In this document: in pieces, positions 1 to 8,806 of the stretch
Position numbering within the stretch: position 1 is the first letter of the stretch
How the letters are laid out: each line of letters opens with the position of its first letter
Origin: a virus
Lineage: Duplodnaviria; Caudoviricetes
Reading direction: 5' to 3' (one strand)
DNA length: 40,140 bases
IMG/VR virus record: IMGVR_UViG_3300027566_000014
Span: 1 to 40,140 of that record
Notes under the pieces: model-generated
Told to the model about the DNA's origin: nothing
Seen by the model: the letters and a program-made list of their open reading frames with translations, nothing else
The model's database searches: none
Translations under genes and position numbers: made by a program

Positions 1-104
1 GACGCCCATGCAGGCGAGATCGAGACTTCCCGGATCATGCATTCTCATCCGCAACTAGTGAACGGGACGGGGGAGAGGGAATTCCCGAGCTTTCCGGTCG
101 GTAT

Positions 105-255
105 TGTGACGAGGTAATCACTAAGGCAGTATAATCATTAGGGGTCGACTTGTGGAAGTGTGTGATTTCTTGGAGAAAACTTGTGGGATACTTGAGGTGG
201 GTGATTTGGCAGTGACCGGACGATTCAAACCAGTTTCGCGCGTGGTTTGGCAGTA
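105..255 (+). repeat. Left end with putative transposase-binding sites
   Basis: TGTGACG...CTAAGGCAGT (105-130), TTTGGCAGT (205-213) and GCGCGTGGTTTGGCAGTA (238-255). Confidence 0.7.
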
Positions 256-262
256 ACTTTTT

Positions 263-883
263 TTATTTCTGCGACAAAAGAGTAAGCCCTTTCTTTACAA
301 TTTCCTGCAGCTCTGAAATATGGTCGATATCCATAGTCTTCTCGGCACGATAAAGGTTGCCTGCGGATATGAATAAAACGGGATCTGGGTTTGATTCGGT
401 TCTCCCGAACATGCGCTTCATGAATGACGCCTTACTGGTAGCGCTTCTGTAAAAACCAACCCGGAAATAGTCTTTTGTAGAGTAAATAGACTCGGCATAG
501 TTCAGCTTTTTCAACTTTACCCAGTCTTGAGCCAGATTATCCATAAAAACCAATACCCTTGCAAGTTCCTCCACTTCCTCTAGGTCCAAGAAAGCAGTTC
601 GCGATCGGTTGTTTGATTCTACGCCGACCTGGATACCCTTCACCTTTTCATTTTCTTTCCCTGGGTAATATGCCACAAGTGCGACAAAATCTACATTGTC
701 CACATCTCCAAGCTCGTAATAATCCTTTACGACCAGAGACCCTTTTTCAGTAATAAAAGATTCTATTTTTGTCTGAGGGGTCTTTTGTTCTTCTTGTAAC
801 TGAGTATCCTGGGCAAACGCATTAATATAAAGAGCAAGCAACAACACCCCAGCAATAAATACTACCCTATGAATTCCCATCAC
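263..883 (-). CDS. Exported moron protein downstream of the repressor
   Basis: 206 aa, AT-rich, with signal peptide VVFIAGVLLLALYINAFA|QD. Lies 9 nt after the repressor stop. Confidence 0.8.
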   Translation of the reverse strand: MMGIHRVVFIAGVLLLALYINAFAQDTQLQEEQKTPQTKIESFITEKGSLVVKDYYELGDVDNVDFVALVAYYPGKENEKVKGIQVGVESNNRSRTAFLDLEEVEELARVLVFMDNLAQDWVKLKKLNYAESIYSTKDYFRVGFYRSATSKASFMKRMFGRTESNPDPVLFISAGNLYRAEKTMDIDHISELQEIVKKGLTLLSQK

Positions 884-892
884 TCCCCCTCC

Positions 893-1336
893 TTACCCCG
901 CCAACCTCACCAGCCGGATCACCGTCGCCTTATCCACCTTCTTTTCTTCATCAGCAGAGAACATGACATAGAGCGTTGTCACCAGCTGGGCCTTCTTGGT
1001 TGGCGCCAGAATCCCCTTAACCTGGGCCAAGTAGTCCTCCACCGCCTCGATTATCGACTCCATCAGAGGCTCGTCCACCGTTTGCCCCGCGGCTTCACCC
1101 CGCTTCATTGGCCCTTCGCCGGTAGCCAGCCAATCAGTTGATGCATTGTAGTCTTGAGCTACTTTAAAGACCCATTCCAGTGAAATAAAGCCCCGTTGTT
1201 TGGCTCCTGCAACGCTTGAAGGCTTTATCCCGAGGAATTCAGCTAATTGGCCGTACTTCTTCCAGCCGGTCAATTTGCATATCCTTTCCCATACGATATC
1301 GAAAACGAGAGTATTTTTATCCTGTTCGGAGTTCAT
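893..1336 (-). CDS. CI-like immunity repressor (HTH, no S24 peptidase domain)
   Basis: HTH motif YGQLAEFLGIKPSSVAGAKQRG...STDWLATGEGPM; divergent from ner. Confidence 0.85.
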   Translation of the reverse strand: MNSEQDKNTLVFDIVWERICKLTGWKKYGQLAEFLGIKPSSVAGAKQRGFISLEWVFKVAQDYNASTDWLATGEGPMKRGEAAGQTVDEPLMESIIEAVEDYLAQVKGILAPTKKAQLVTTLYVMFSADEEKKVDKATVIRLVRLAG

Positions 1337-1455
1337 AGCCCAAACTCCGAACGGAACTCCGAACTAATAATGTAAGTTCGTAGTTTTTTAACTGATTGAA
1401 ATATAAACAGATTGGTCATGGTCGCCCATTGTTGATAAAAAAAGAACTCCGAACT
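1324..1455. promoter_or_regulatory. Operator cluster (AACTCCGAAC x5)
   Basis: Direct copies at 1343, 1355 and 1445; inverted copies at 1324 and 1375 (1 mismatch). The cluster spans the repressor start. Confidence 0.75.
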
Positions 1456-1467
1456 AAAAAAAAGTAG

Positions 1468-1496
1468 TTGACAGTAATATAAAATAGCCGTAAGCT
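1468..1496 (+). promoter_or_regulatory. Early lytic sigma70 promoter
   Basis: TTGACA-17 nt-TAAGCT next to the operator at 1445. Confidence 0.7.
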
Positions 1497-1599
1497 ATAA
1501 AACATCTTTTGTGATTAACAGTGAAAAAGGAGGGGTAAATGCCCCCGGAAAACGAACTAAATATTGACCCTGAAACGGCTGAAATTCTCGGGGGTAATG

Positions 1600-2091
1600 T
1601 CATGAGTCGCTTGCAAACGGAAACATGTCATCAATTAACGGATGATCAAACGGCCATAGGTCACGATCATCTCCATGGCTTAAAGCCGTCACCACATCCA
1701 GCATCATTGACCTGTGAGACTCCGGAGTGTCCAAATCAGGACCGGACGGCGGCAAGCAAAAATATTCACGATTTATCCGAGCGCGCCAAAGCTCCACGAA
1801 TATACATGCATGCTGCAATAGTAGAGTCTCGATGTCGGGCTTCTTTTGCAGCCGGCGTTTACGCTGAGCGCGCCTTAACGAGTCATATTGACAAATCGAT
1901 CCCCTGGCATCTTCGAGCCAAAGTAACCACTTTGCGTGGCTTTTGGTTTTTAATTCATTATAGAGTCGCAGTATTTGCTCTTCGTCAAGCTCATCGACGA
2001 GTTCATCAGCTCGGTCTGACTCGTGTCGCGGATAGAAGTGGTTTTCTTTCCGAAAACTGTCGTTGGTATGATTACTTTTGCTCTTTTTCAC
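1600..2091 (-). CDS. Hypothetical moron protein between direct repeats
   Basis: 163 aa, GTG start with AGAGGA SD. The opposite strand is also open (1539-2123). Confidence 0.55.
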   Translation of the reverse strand: MKKSKSNHTNDSFRKENHFYPRHESDRADELVDELDEEQILRLYNELKTKSHAKWLLWLEDARGSICQYDSLRRAQRKRRLQKKPDIETLLLQHACIFVELWRARINREYFCLPPSGPDLDTPESHRSMMLDVVTALSHGDDRDLWPFDHPLIDDMFPFASDS

Positions 2092-2196
2092 GACTCGTAT
2101 CCTCTGTTCTGTTTCAAAAATAACAGCGAAAAAGGAGGGGTAAAAGGCCCCTGATTCTAGCGCTCACGTAGCACCTATCTATATAGAGGTTAAACC

Positions 2197-2487
2197 ATGA
2201 ACCGCAAAATAAAGGCCATGCTCATTGAGCGGGGGATCAAACAGAAGGACATAGCCGATGAGCTCGGCGTGCTGCTCTCCACCGTCTCCGGGGTGATCAA
2301 CGGCCACCACGCGTCAAAGCGCATCAAGAAGTATATCGCCAAACGGCTCGGTGTCAGCTACCAAAAACTCTGGGGCGAACAGGGCAGAATAATAAACGAT
2401 GTTTCACTTAAGCGCAATGCAAAAAACAAAACATGTTTTGTAGCCGGTGGAGACAAACCCGCAAGGGCAAAGGGAGTGGAGAGATGA
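2197..2487 (+). CDS. ner: Ner-like HTH regulator
   Basis: IKAMLIERGIKQKDIADELGV...YIAKRLGVSYQKLW; position at the start of the early operon. Confidence 0.8.
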   Translation: MNRKIKAMLIERGIKQKDIADELGVLLSTVSGVINGHHASKRIKKYIAKRLGVSYQKLWGEQGRIINDVSLKRNAKNKTCFVAGGDKPARAKGVER

Positions 2488-2846
2488 ACAGAGTGGAAAA
2501 GCTGTGTGCGCTGTACGCGTTCCACCTGGGACGCATCCAGGGGACCATCGAGGCAAGGGAAGAATTCGGCACGGACAAGGCGGCCGCGTTCGACAAGATC
2601 AGCCGGATCGTCAAGGAGATGCAGGAAGCAGAAACCGCGCTGGAAGAGGCCGCGCCCGATGAGGAGCGCGGCACAATGCATTACGACAGAAGCATGGGGA
2701 TTAATAGCTACATCCCGAAATCGGAGCGCCGCATACACGCTAGGCCTGTTTCGATGATTGAGAAGATGCTTGCAGCTCGCGAGCTTCGGCGAGAGAAGAA
2801 GATTGATGAACTGTTAGCGAAATCAAGGCTGGAAGCAGCCATATAG
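2484..2846 (+). CDS. Hypothetical protein
   Basis: ATGA overlap with the ner stop; GGAG SD. Confidence 0.65.
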   Translation: MNRVEKLCALYAFHLGRIQGTIEAREEFGTDKAAAFDKISRIVKEMQEAETALEEAAPDEERGTMHYDRSMGINSYIPKSERRIHARPVSMIEKMLAARELRREKKIDELLAKSRLEAAI

Positions 2847-2855
2847 GGGGAAGAG

Positions 2856-3005
2856 ATGAGCGAGAGATCACGGGCCGAACTGGCGCTGAAAGTTGCTGAA
2901 ATGGTGAAAGAGGAGGCCGACGGCTTAGACCAGGCATTCGAGGTGCTCAGTCTTGCCGCCAGCCTCCTGTTCGGGGTCAAGTACCGGTTACGGCCCGACC
3001 CCTGA
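2856..3005 (+). CDS. Small hypothetical protein (49 aa, MSERSRAELALKVAE...)
   Basis: Manual translation; purine-rich SD; in operon. Confidence 0.55.
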   Translation: MSERSRAELALKVAEMVKEEADGLDQAFEVLSLAASLLFGVKYRLRPDP

Positions 3006-3170
3006 CCTGAGCTTGTTGTGGAAGGCAAGGAACTCATCGGCTAGGTGTTCAAGTCTCTTCGAGGGCTCATTCTCTGGGGCCTTTCCATACTTGAACAAAT
3101 CCGATGACTCCTTCCAACCTGCTAAAAACAGGTCCTTTGCCACAACAAGCAATGCAGCATCTTTATCCAT
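2988..3170 (-). CDS. Small antisense-oriented protein (60 aa)
   Basis: Strong GAGGAGG SD; convergent overlap with 2856-3005. Confidence 0.6.
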   Translation of the reverse strand: MDKDAALLVVAKDLFLAGWKESSDLFKYGKAPENEPSKRLEHLADEFLAFHNKLRSGVGP

Positions 3171-3258
3171 CCCTGCTCACCTCCTCTCTATTCTGGATTG
3201 TGTGGAAGCAGACACTATAGCAGAAGGCGGGCAGGGGTGGAGTTTTTTGAGCGGGATG

Positions 3259-3352
3259 TTGTCCGTTATTGCTTCTGAATAACGGACAAGAATAACGGAC
3301 AAGAAAACGAATAACGGACAAGCTGCAATTTCATTATAATTCAATGAGTTAT
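3259..3352. promoter_or_regulatory. AATAACGGACAA(G) repeats plus IHF-like site upstream of the transposase
   Basis: Inverted copy at 3259, direct copies at 3278, 3291 and 3310; ATTCAATGAGTTA at 3340-3352. Confidence 0.65.
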
Positions 3353-3367
3353 CAATAGGACGGGTGC

Positions 3368-5653
3368 ATGGCCGGCTGGCTGGACATAAAAGCAATATCG
3401 GACATGTTGCAAGCCAAGGAAGACACTATTTTGAAGGGTGTCAAGCGGGGCAAATTTACCAAAATCCGTCAACAAAAAGTGACCGGAAAAGGGGCGCGCG
3501 GGGGGCAAATCTGGCAGATCCACATCACCGATCCGGCCATCCCCGCGGAGGCCCGTGAAGCCTACATCAACAGCCATGCGGTGGCGCTTTCGGCGTCACT
3601 GCCCGCCGCCGGCCCCGCAACCGCCGTGGCCAAGGTGGAAAAGGCCCAGCTCCCGGCGCTGGAAACCCTGGAAAAGTGGCGGCGCGAATGCATGGACGCC
3701 CGGCTCTTCTTCATGCGCCTCATCGAGCGGGCGCAGGCCTCGGGCATCGGCGTCAACAAGGCCATCAACACCATCGTCAAACAGGCCCAGGACGGCACCC
3801 TGCCGTCGGAGGCCGCCCGCTTCATCCCCGTCGCCAACAAGAGGAGCGGCAAGGACGCCAAGAAACGCACCCTCTCCTACAGCGGCATGATCAAGTGGTG
3901 GGGCGCCTGGGTACAGACCAAGAACCCGGCGGCGCTGGCCCCCAAGGGGGTGAAGAAGCTCAACGAAAAGGACCTGCGCCATTTCGTGCGCGACTACCCG
4001 GCGGGCAACGCCGCGAGCTGCGTGCCCGCCACCGGCATACCGGCCTGGCTGCCGCACTTCCTGGACGAATACCGCCGGCCGCAGAAACCAAGCGTGGCCG
4101 AGACCCACCGCACGCTCCTGCGCACGCTCCCTCCCGGCATCGCCCGCCCTTCGTACGATCAGATAGATCGCCTGGCGAAGCGCATACCGGAAATATACCT
4201 GCAGAAGGGGCGGCTGACCGGCGCCGAGTACAAGAGCATCCAGGGGTACGCCGTGCGCGACGCGAGCCTGTTTGAACCCCTCACCATCTGCCAGATCGAC
4301 GGCCACAGTTTCAAGGCCTACGTCGCGCACCCGGTCACCGGCGCCCACTTCCATCCCGAGGTCTGCGGCCTTATAGACCTCACCACCAAAATATTGGTGG
4401 GGTGGTCCTGGGGGCTCGCCGAAAGCTCCCGCACCGTCGCCGACGCCTACCGCCACGCCTGCACCGTAACCGAGGAGAAACCGTGGGGGGGAGTCTGTGC
4501 GATCCTGGAAGCGGACCGCGGCGCCGGCAACATGGCCGGTGTCAACTCCGATGAATACATCGGCCTCTTCCGGCGGATCGGCACCACGTTCGAGCCGCCC
4601 GAGCGGGGCGGCAACCCCCAGGGGCACGGCGCCGTCGAGAGGTCGAACCAGAGCATCTGGATCCGCGCCGCCAAGAAGCTCCCCACCTACACCGGCAAGG
4701 ACATGGATCGCGGCGTCAGAAAGCGGATCTATACGAAGCTCGAAAAGGACCTTACAGCCGTCAAGAAAGAAGGAACGCTGGGGGTGGTGGCCAAAACGTC
4801 AGAGCTGTTGCTCGCCAAGGACGAATTCACCGCGTTCCTGCTTGAGAGCGCCATCGAATACAACAACGCGCCCCACAGCGCGCTTCCCAAGATCACGGCG
4901 CCGCATCCCCTGGACCCCCAGGGCAAGGCGATCAGGCGGCACATGACCCCCTTCGAGGCGTGGGCGAAAAGGGTCAACGAGGGGTGGACGCCCGTCCTCT
5001 ACGAAGGCGACATGCTGGAACACCTGTTCATGCCCCACGAGCGGATCACCGTCAAGCGCGAGAAATTCACCCTCCACGGCAACGTCTACCACGCCTACGA
5101 GCTTTGCCAGTGGCACAACCGCGACATGATCGCCGCTTACGACATCCACGACGCGAGCACGGTCTGGGTGCTCGACCTGGAAGAGCGCCCCGTCTGCCCG
5201 GCCAAATGGAACGGCAACCGGGTCCACGCCCGCCCCGTGCCGGTAGTGGAAAAAGCGCTCATGGAGCGCGAGAACCGCCAGAGCACCAACCTGGAGAAAA
5301 AGCTGGAGATGGTGCAGGCCGCGGCCCGGCCCGCCATCGTGGCCGCCCCCACCCACATCGAGCTCCCGCCGGAAGTCCTGGAAGGGGAGAAGCGCCGCGA
5401 AGAGTTGCACAAACAGAAGATCGTTTCCCTGGAGCAGTCGCGCAAGCTGCGCGACGTGACCACCCCGACCGAGGTCTACTTCATGATCCTCGACCGGATC
5501 AAGGAGGGGACGGTGACAAGCTATCAGTTGCAATGGAAGAAAGACTACGAGTACTGGGACGAAACAGCAAAGAAAGTGGGACTTTTAAAGGCCGATCCTT
5601 ATTGCTTCGATGACCCGGCGGAACAGACAGAGGAAGAGAAAACAGCACAATAG
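3368..5653 (+). CDS. Mu-like DDE transposase A
   Basis: 761 aa with QIDGH, ADRGAG and GNPQGHGAVER catalytic motifs, YNNAPH, and a Mu C-terminal YDIHD motif. Confidence 0.95.
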   Translation: MAGWLDIKAISDMLQAKEDTILKGVKRGKFTKIRQQKVTGKGARGGQIWQIHITDPAIPAEAREAYINSHAVALSASLPAAGPATAVAKVEKAQLPALETLEKWRRECMDARLFFMRLIERAQASGIGVNKAINTIVKQAQDGTLPSEAARFIPVANKRSGKDAKKRTLSYSGMIKWWGAWVQTKNPAALAPKGVKKLNEKDLRHFVRDYPAGNAASCVPATGIPAWLPHFLDEYRRPQKPSVAETHRTLLRTLPPGIARPSYDQIDRLAKRIPEIYLQKGRLTGAEYKSIQGYAVRDASLFEPLTICQIDGHSFKAYVAHPVTGAHFHPEVCGLIDLTTKILVGWSWGLAESSRTVADAYRHACTVTEEKPWGGVCAILEADRGAGNMAGVNSDEYIGLFRRIGTTFEPPERGGNPQGHGAVERSNQSIWIRAAKKLPTYTGKDMDRGVRKRIYTKLEKDLTAVKKEGTLGVVAKTSELLLAKDEFTAFLLESAIEYNNAPHSALPKITAPHPLDPQGKAIRRHMTPFEAWAKRVNEGWTPVLYEGDMLEHLFMPHERITVKREKFTLHGNVYHAYELCQWHNRDMIAAYDIHDASTVWVLDLEERPVCPAKWNGNRVHARPVPVVEKALMERENRQSTNLEKKLEMVQAAARPAIVAAPTHIELPPEVLEGEKRREELHKQKIVSLEQSRKLRDVTTPTEVYFMILDRIKEGTVTSYQLQWKKDYEYWDETAKKVGLLKADPYCFDDPAEQTEEEKTAQ

Positions 5654-5680
5654 ACCCAAAGAACGGGCCTAAAGAAAAAA

Positions 5681-5708
5681 CCGTCGGTGGTAGGCACCGG
5701 CGGCTTTT
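5681..5708 (+). terminator. Hairpin plus T-tract between A and B
   Basis: CCGTCGGTG-GTAGG-CACCGGCGG-CTTTT, preceded by an A-tract. Confidence 0.5.
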
Positions 5709-5750
5709 ATATCCCCAACGGGGAATCTAAACGACAGGAGGAATATAACA

Positions 5751-6518
5751 ATGAAACACGGAACGGTAAAGACAAAAGATGTGCGCAGGTTCGACCAGGG
5801 AATAGACGACCTCTTGAATACCGACGAAATCGAGCGGATGGGGGTGCTGTGGGGGCCTCCGGGCACCGGCAAAACTACTGCGCTGACGCTATTGGCCAAT
5901 AAATACGACGCTGTGTTCATCAGGGCGCTGGGGTGCTCCACGGTCACCAGCATCCTCGGTGACCTCTGCCAGATGCTGGGCTATGTCGGGCGGGACGGCA
6001 AGCGGATGCAGCGGCGCACCGACATGATTGAATTCATTTGCAATCGACTGACAAAAGAAGAGGGGAGCAACAAGGAGGTGTCGCCCCGGCCGATCTTCGT
6101 CGACGAAGCCGACTATTGCTTCAGTGAGCCCAAGATAATCGACGCCCTGCGCGATATCTACGATATCACCAAGTGCCCGGTGATCCTGATCGGCATGGAG
6201 GAAATCGCCCGCACCATTCGGGAAAGCAGCAAATTCGCGCGGCGCATCACCCAGTGGATAGAGTTTAAGGGGCTGGATCTGGAGGACACCGCCCAGGTCG
6301 CCATTGAAATGTGCGAGGTGAATATCCTGCCGGATCTAATCGAGTACATCCACCGGGAGACGGCCGGCAACATCGGCCGGGTCAAGATCGGACTGGACAA
6401 GGTCGAAAAATACGCCCGCGCCAACCGGCTCGACAGCGTCAGCGCCGCCGACTGGGGGGAGCGCCCCCTGTACTTCGACCAGCCCATATTCGGCAGGAAA
6501 AGCGGTAGCCGCAAGTAG
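5751..6518 (+). CDS. MuB-like AAA+ transposition ATPase
   Basis: Walker A GPPGTGKT, Walker B IFVDEAD, LRDIYD and PVILIG motifs. Confidence 0.93.
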   Translation: MKHGTVKTKDVRRFDQGIDDLLNTDEIERMGVLWGPPGTGKTTALTLLANKYDAVFIRALGCSTVTSILGDLCQMLGYVGRDGKRMQRRTDMIEFICNRLTKEEGSNKEVSPRPIFVDEADYCFSEPKIIDALRDIYDITKCPVILIGMEEIARTIRESSKFARRITQWIEFKGLDLEDTAQVAIEMCEVNILPDLIEYIHRETAGNIGRVKIGLDKVEKYARANRLDSVSAADWGERPLYFDQPIFGRKSGSRK

Positions 6519-6536
6519 TTTGAGTGGGGCGTTAAC

Positions 6537-7076
6537 ATGAAGGGAATGAAGATGGAAAATAAAAAGCGCTATACGGCGGAAGAACTCCGCCGCTGCATCT
6601 GGAGGAGTCTGGATATCATGAAGACAGTCACCGTGCCGATACTGTTGGGCACCATAGACGGGCTAGGGCTGGGCAATGCGCGCAAGGGCTTGCGGCAACT
6701 GGAGACCCACGGTTATGTGGTGAAAAAAGGAGGCAGGGTAGGGGGGTGTCATCAGAAATACGTCCGGGCGCAAAACGTGCCGCTCTTGCCGCCGCTCTGC
6801 GAGCGCTGTGGAGAGGAGTTTGCGGTCAAAATTTGCGACCCGGCTTTAAAAAGAGAGAGAGAAAAAGAGAGAGAGAAAGAGGGGAAACAAATAGAGGATA
6901 CCGCCCGCGCCGCCCGTGAGCTTTTTTATGAAGAGAAAGAAAAAGAGAGAGAGAAAGAGAGAGCCGGCAGGAAGGGCGCCGCCGACTACCCTAACGAAGG
7001 GGATCGCGTTATTCCGTCCGAACTGAAAGAGAGGCTGGAGCGACAGTTAGAGGGGGTGAGCCATGACGCAGCCTGA
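6537..7076 (+). CDS. Winged-helix-like protein with CxxC and EREKE repeats
   Basis: ARKGLRQLETHGYV and CERC; usual position after B. Confidence 0.65.
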   Translation: MKGMKMENKKRYTAEELRRCIWRSLDIMKTVTVPILLGTIDGLGLGNARKGLRQLETHGYVVKKGGRVGGCHQKYVRAQNVPLLPPLCERCGEEFAVKICDPALKREREKEREKEGKQIEDTARAARELFYEEKEKEREKERAGRKGAADYPNEGDRVIPSELKERLERQLEGVSHDAA

Positions 7077-7380
7077 CCTTATGGACCTGTTACGGCAAAA
7101 GGTGGCAGAGCTCGGTCAGGCCGAGGTTGCCCGCAGGATCGGCAAATCCTCCAGCGCCGTCAGCCAGGTGCTTTCCGAGACGTATAAGGGGAGTCCTGCC
7201 GCCATTCTCCAGCGGGTGGAAGAAGTCTTCGGCCAGACAACCGTCAACTGCCCGCCCCTGGGGGAGATATCGATGGGCCGGTGCGCCGAGATCAGGAAAC
7301 GGCCGCTCGTGGCCACCAGCCCGTTCAGCGTGCAGCTTTGGCGGGCGTGCCAAAAGTGCCAGAACGGAGGCAAACCATGA
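7063..7380 (+). CDS. HTH protein with Cys-rich C-terminus (Mu-like early)
   Basis: QAEVARRIGKSSSAVSQVL...CPPLG...C...LWRACQKC. Confidence 0.8.
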   Translation: MTQPDLMDLLRQKVAELGQAEVARRIGKSSSAVSQVLSETYKGSPAAILQRVEEVFGQTTVNCPPLGEISMGRCAEIRKRPLVATSPFSVQLWRACQKCQNGGKP

Positions 7381-7556
7381 AACCAAAATGTCCTAAATGC
7401 AACGGCGTACTCATAGCCGAAACCGACGTCACCGGCCCGGTTGCCCGCTGTCTGTTGTGCGGTTGGCGAAAGGCAAAGGCGTACCGGACCAGACGCCCGA
7501 GTACAGCAGAGAAAAACACACGCACCGTAGTCCACAACAGGAGGGACCATGTTTAA
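7377..7556 (+). CDS. Small zinc-ribbon protein
   Basis: MKPKCPKC...RCLLCG; GGAGG SD; ATGA overlap. Confidence 0.65.
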   Translation: MKPKCPKCNGVLIAETDVTGPVARCLLCGWRKAKAYRTRRPSTAEKNTRTVVHNRRDHV

Positions 7557-7701
7557 ACGCATCTTCAAATGGGTTTCAAACCGCAACAAATGGCGGCGGA
7601 CGAAGAAGATCAGCGACCACCGTGCCACCGCCCTGGCCGTCAGGCTCGCCGTGAGCGGCGCCCTGCAGCCACCCCGCTTTTCCTCGTGGTGGCGGGTATG
7701 A
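7549..7701 (+). CDS. Small basic protein (50 aa)
   Basis: AGGAGG SD; MFKRIFKWVSNR...; overlaps both neighbours. Confidence 0.5.
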   Translation: MFKRIFKWVSNRNKWRRTKKISDHRATALAVRLAVSGALQPPRFSSWWRV

Positions 7702-7931
7702 TCGACTGCGCAACCATAGTCGTGACCCGTCAGGGGTTCGAGATAATCGCCTATTGCGAAAGCGGCGAGGTCGTAAAGGAGCAGTACATGCACAACGGCC
7801 AGGTGTGGGACTGCGTGAGCGGAAACTTTGAAGAGGAACCGAAGATCAACGAGCACGAGGAACTGCTCTGCGGCCTCTGTGGCATCTACGATGCAGCCGG
7901 CGATCTGGCCAACGCCATCAGAAAACAATAA
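7698..7931 (+). CDS. Hypothetical protein
   Basis: ATGA-coupled start inside ORF 7569-7931. Confidence 0.55.
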   Translation: MIDCATIVVTRQGFEIIAYCESGEVVKEQYMHNGQVWDCVSGNFEEEPKINEHEELLCGLCGIYDAAGDLANAIRKQ

Positions 7932-7940
7932 GGAGATAAC

Positions 7941-8561
7941 ATGTCAGAACAGAACCAAGAAACATTCGCCGGCCACAGGCGGAACGCCAAAGGACATTGG
8001 GTCCCGGAGCAGATGATCCGCCCCGCGGATCTCCTCACCGACGAATTGGTCAACGAGATCGCCGCCGAATGGAAGTTTAAAAGCCTGGAACTGGCTGCAT
8101 TCAAGCAGCATACCTTTGCCGATGTCCATGCCCTCATCACAACCATGAATGAGGAATATAAGGTCAAGCGCGGGGGAGAGAAAGGCAATTTGCAGCTCTT
8201 CAGCTACGATGGCAGATACAAGCTTGTCGTAGCCGTCAATGAAACCATCGGCTTCGGTCCTGAGCTTCAGGCCGCCCAGGAGAAGATTACCGAATGTCTG
8301 CACCACTGGACCGGCGACGCCCGCCCTGAGTTGAAGGTTATCGTCAACGAAGCATTCGCCACTGACGGCCAGGGCGGCGTTCGGGTCGGTCGCATCCTCC
8401 AGCTGCGCCGCTACAAAATAGAGTCCGAATCCTGGGCGCTGGCGATGAAAGCGCTTGATGAAGCCATGCGCATAGTCGGCAGCAAGCAGTATGTCAGACT
8501 CTACGAACGCAATGCCGTTGGCGCTTACGTTCCCATCCCGCTCGATATAGCGGCAGTGTAG
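7941..8561 (+). CDS. DUF3164-family Mu-like early protein
   Basis: GGEKGNLQLFSYDG, FGPELQAA and SKQYVRLYER motifs. Confidence 0.8.
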   Translation: MSEQNQETFAGHRRNAKGHWVPEQMIRPADLLTDELVNEIAAEWKFKSLELAAFKQHTFADVHALITTMNEEYKVKRGGEKGNLQLFSYDGRYKLVVAVNETIGFGPELQAAQEKITECLHHWTGDARPELKVIVNEAFATDGQGGVRVGRILQLRRYKIESESWALAMKALDEAMRIVGSKQYVRLYERNAVGAYVPIPLDIAAV

Positions 8562-8571
8562 GGGGATGCCC

Positions 8572-8686
8572 ATGAAATGCCCGATCTGCAAATCAGAAGA
8601 GACGGAACATTCCGGGGCTGGTGTTCGACGTGTGTAGGAACTGCGGCGCAACCGTCGGCATGCGCAAAGAGCGGCGGGCTGCATAA
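8572..8686 (+). pseudogene. Frameshifted zinc-ribbon gene
   Basis: MKCPIC... and ...VCRNCG... join if one G is removed from GGGG at 8614-8617. Confidence 0.55.
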
Positions 8687-8691
8687 TTGAG

Positions 8692-8788
8692 TTAACCGCT
8701 GAAGCCGAGGGCCGGGCTTCGACTCCGCTCAGCCACCGGGATGGTTGGTGAGCGGAGTCGAACCACCGGCCCTCCCTTGAACGGTTAA
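8692..8788. other. Long intergenic hairpin (97 nt)
   Basis: Nested perfect stems of 7, 9 and 14 bp. Confidence 0.7.
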
Positions 8789-8806
8789 AACAGCCAGGGA
8801 GAGAGC

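Noticed and set aside
3278-3322. CRISPR array
   Set aside because: 13-nt adjacent repeats without spacers; no cas genes.
8716-8731. tRNA (TTCGACTCC T-arm-like motif)
   Set aside because: No cloverleaf; it is one arm of a simple long hairpin.
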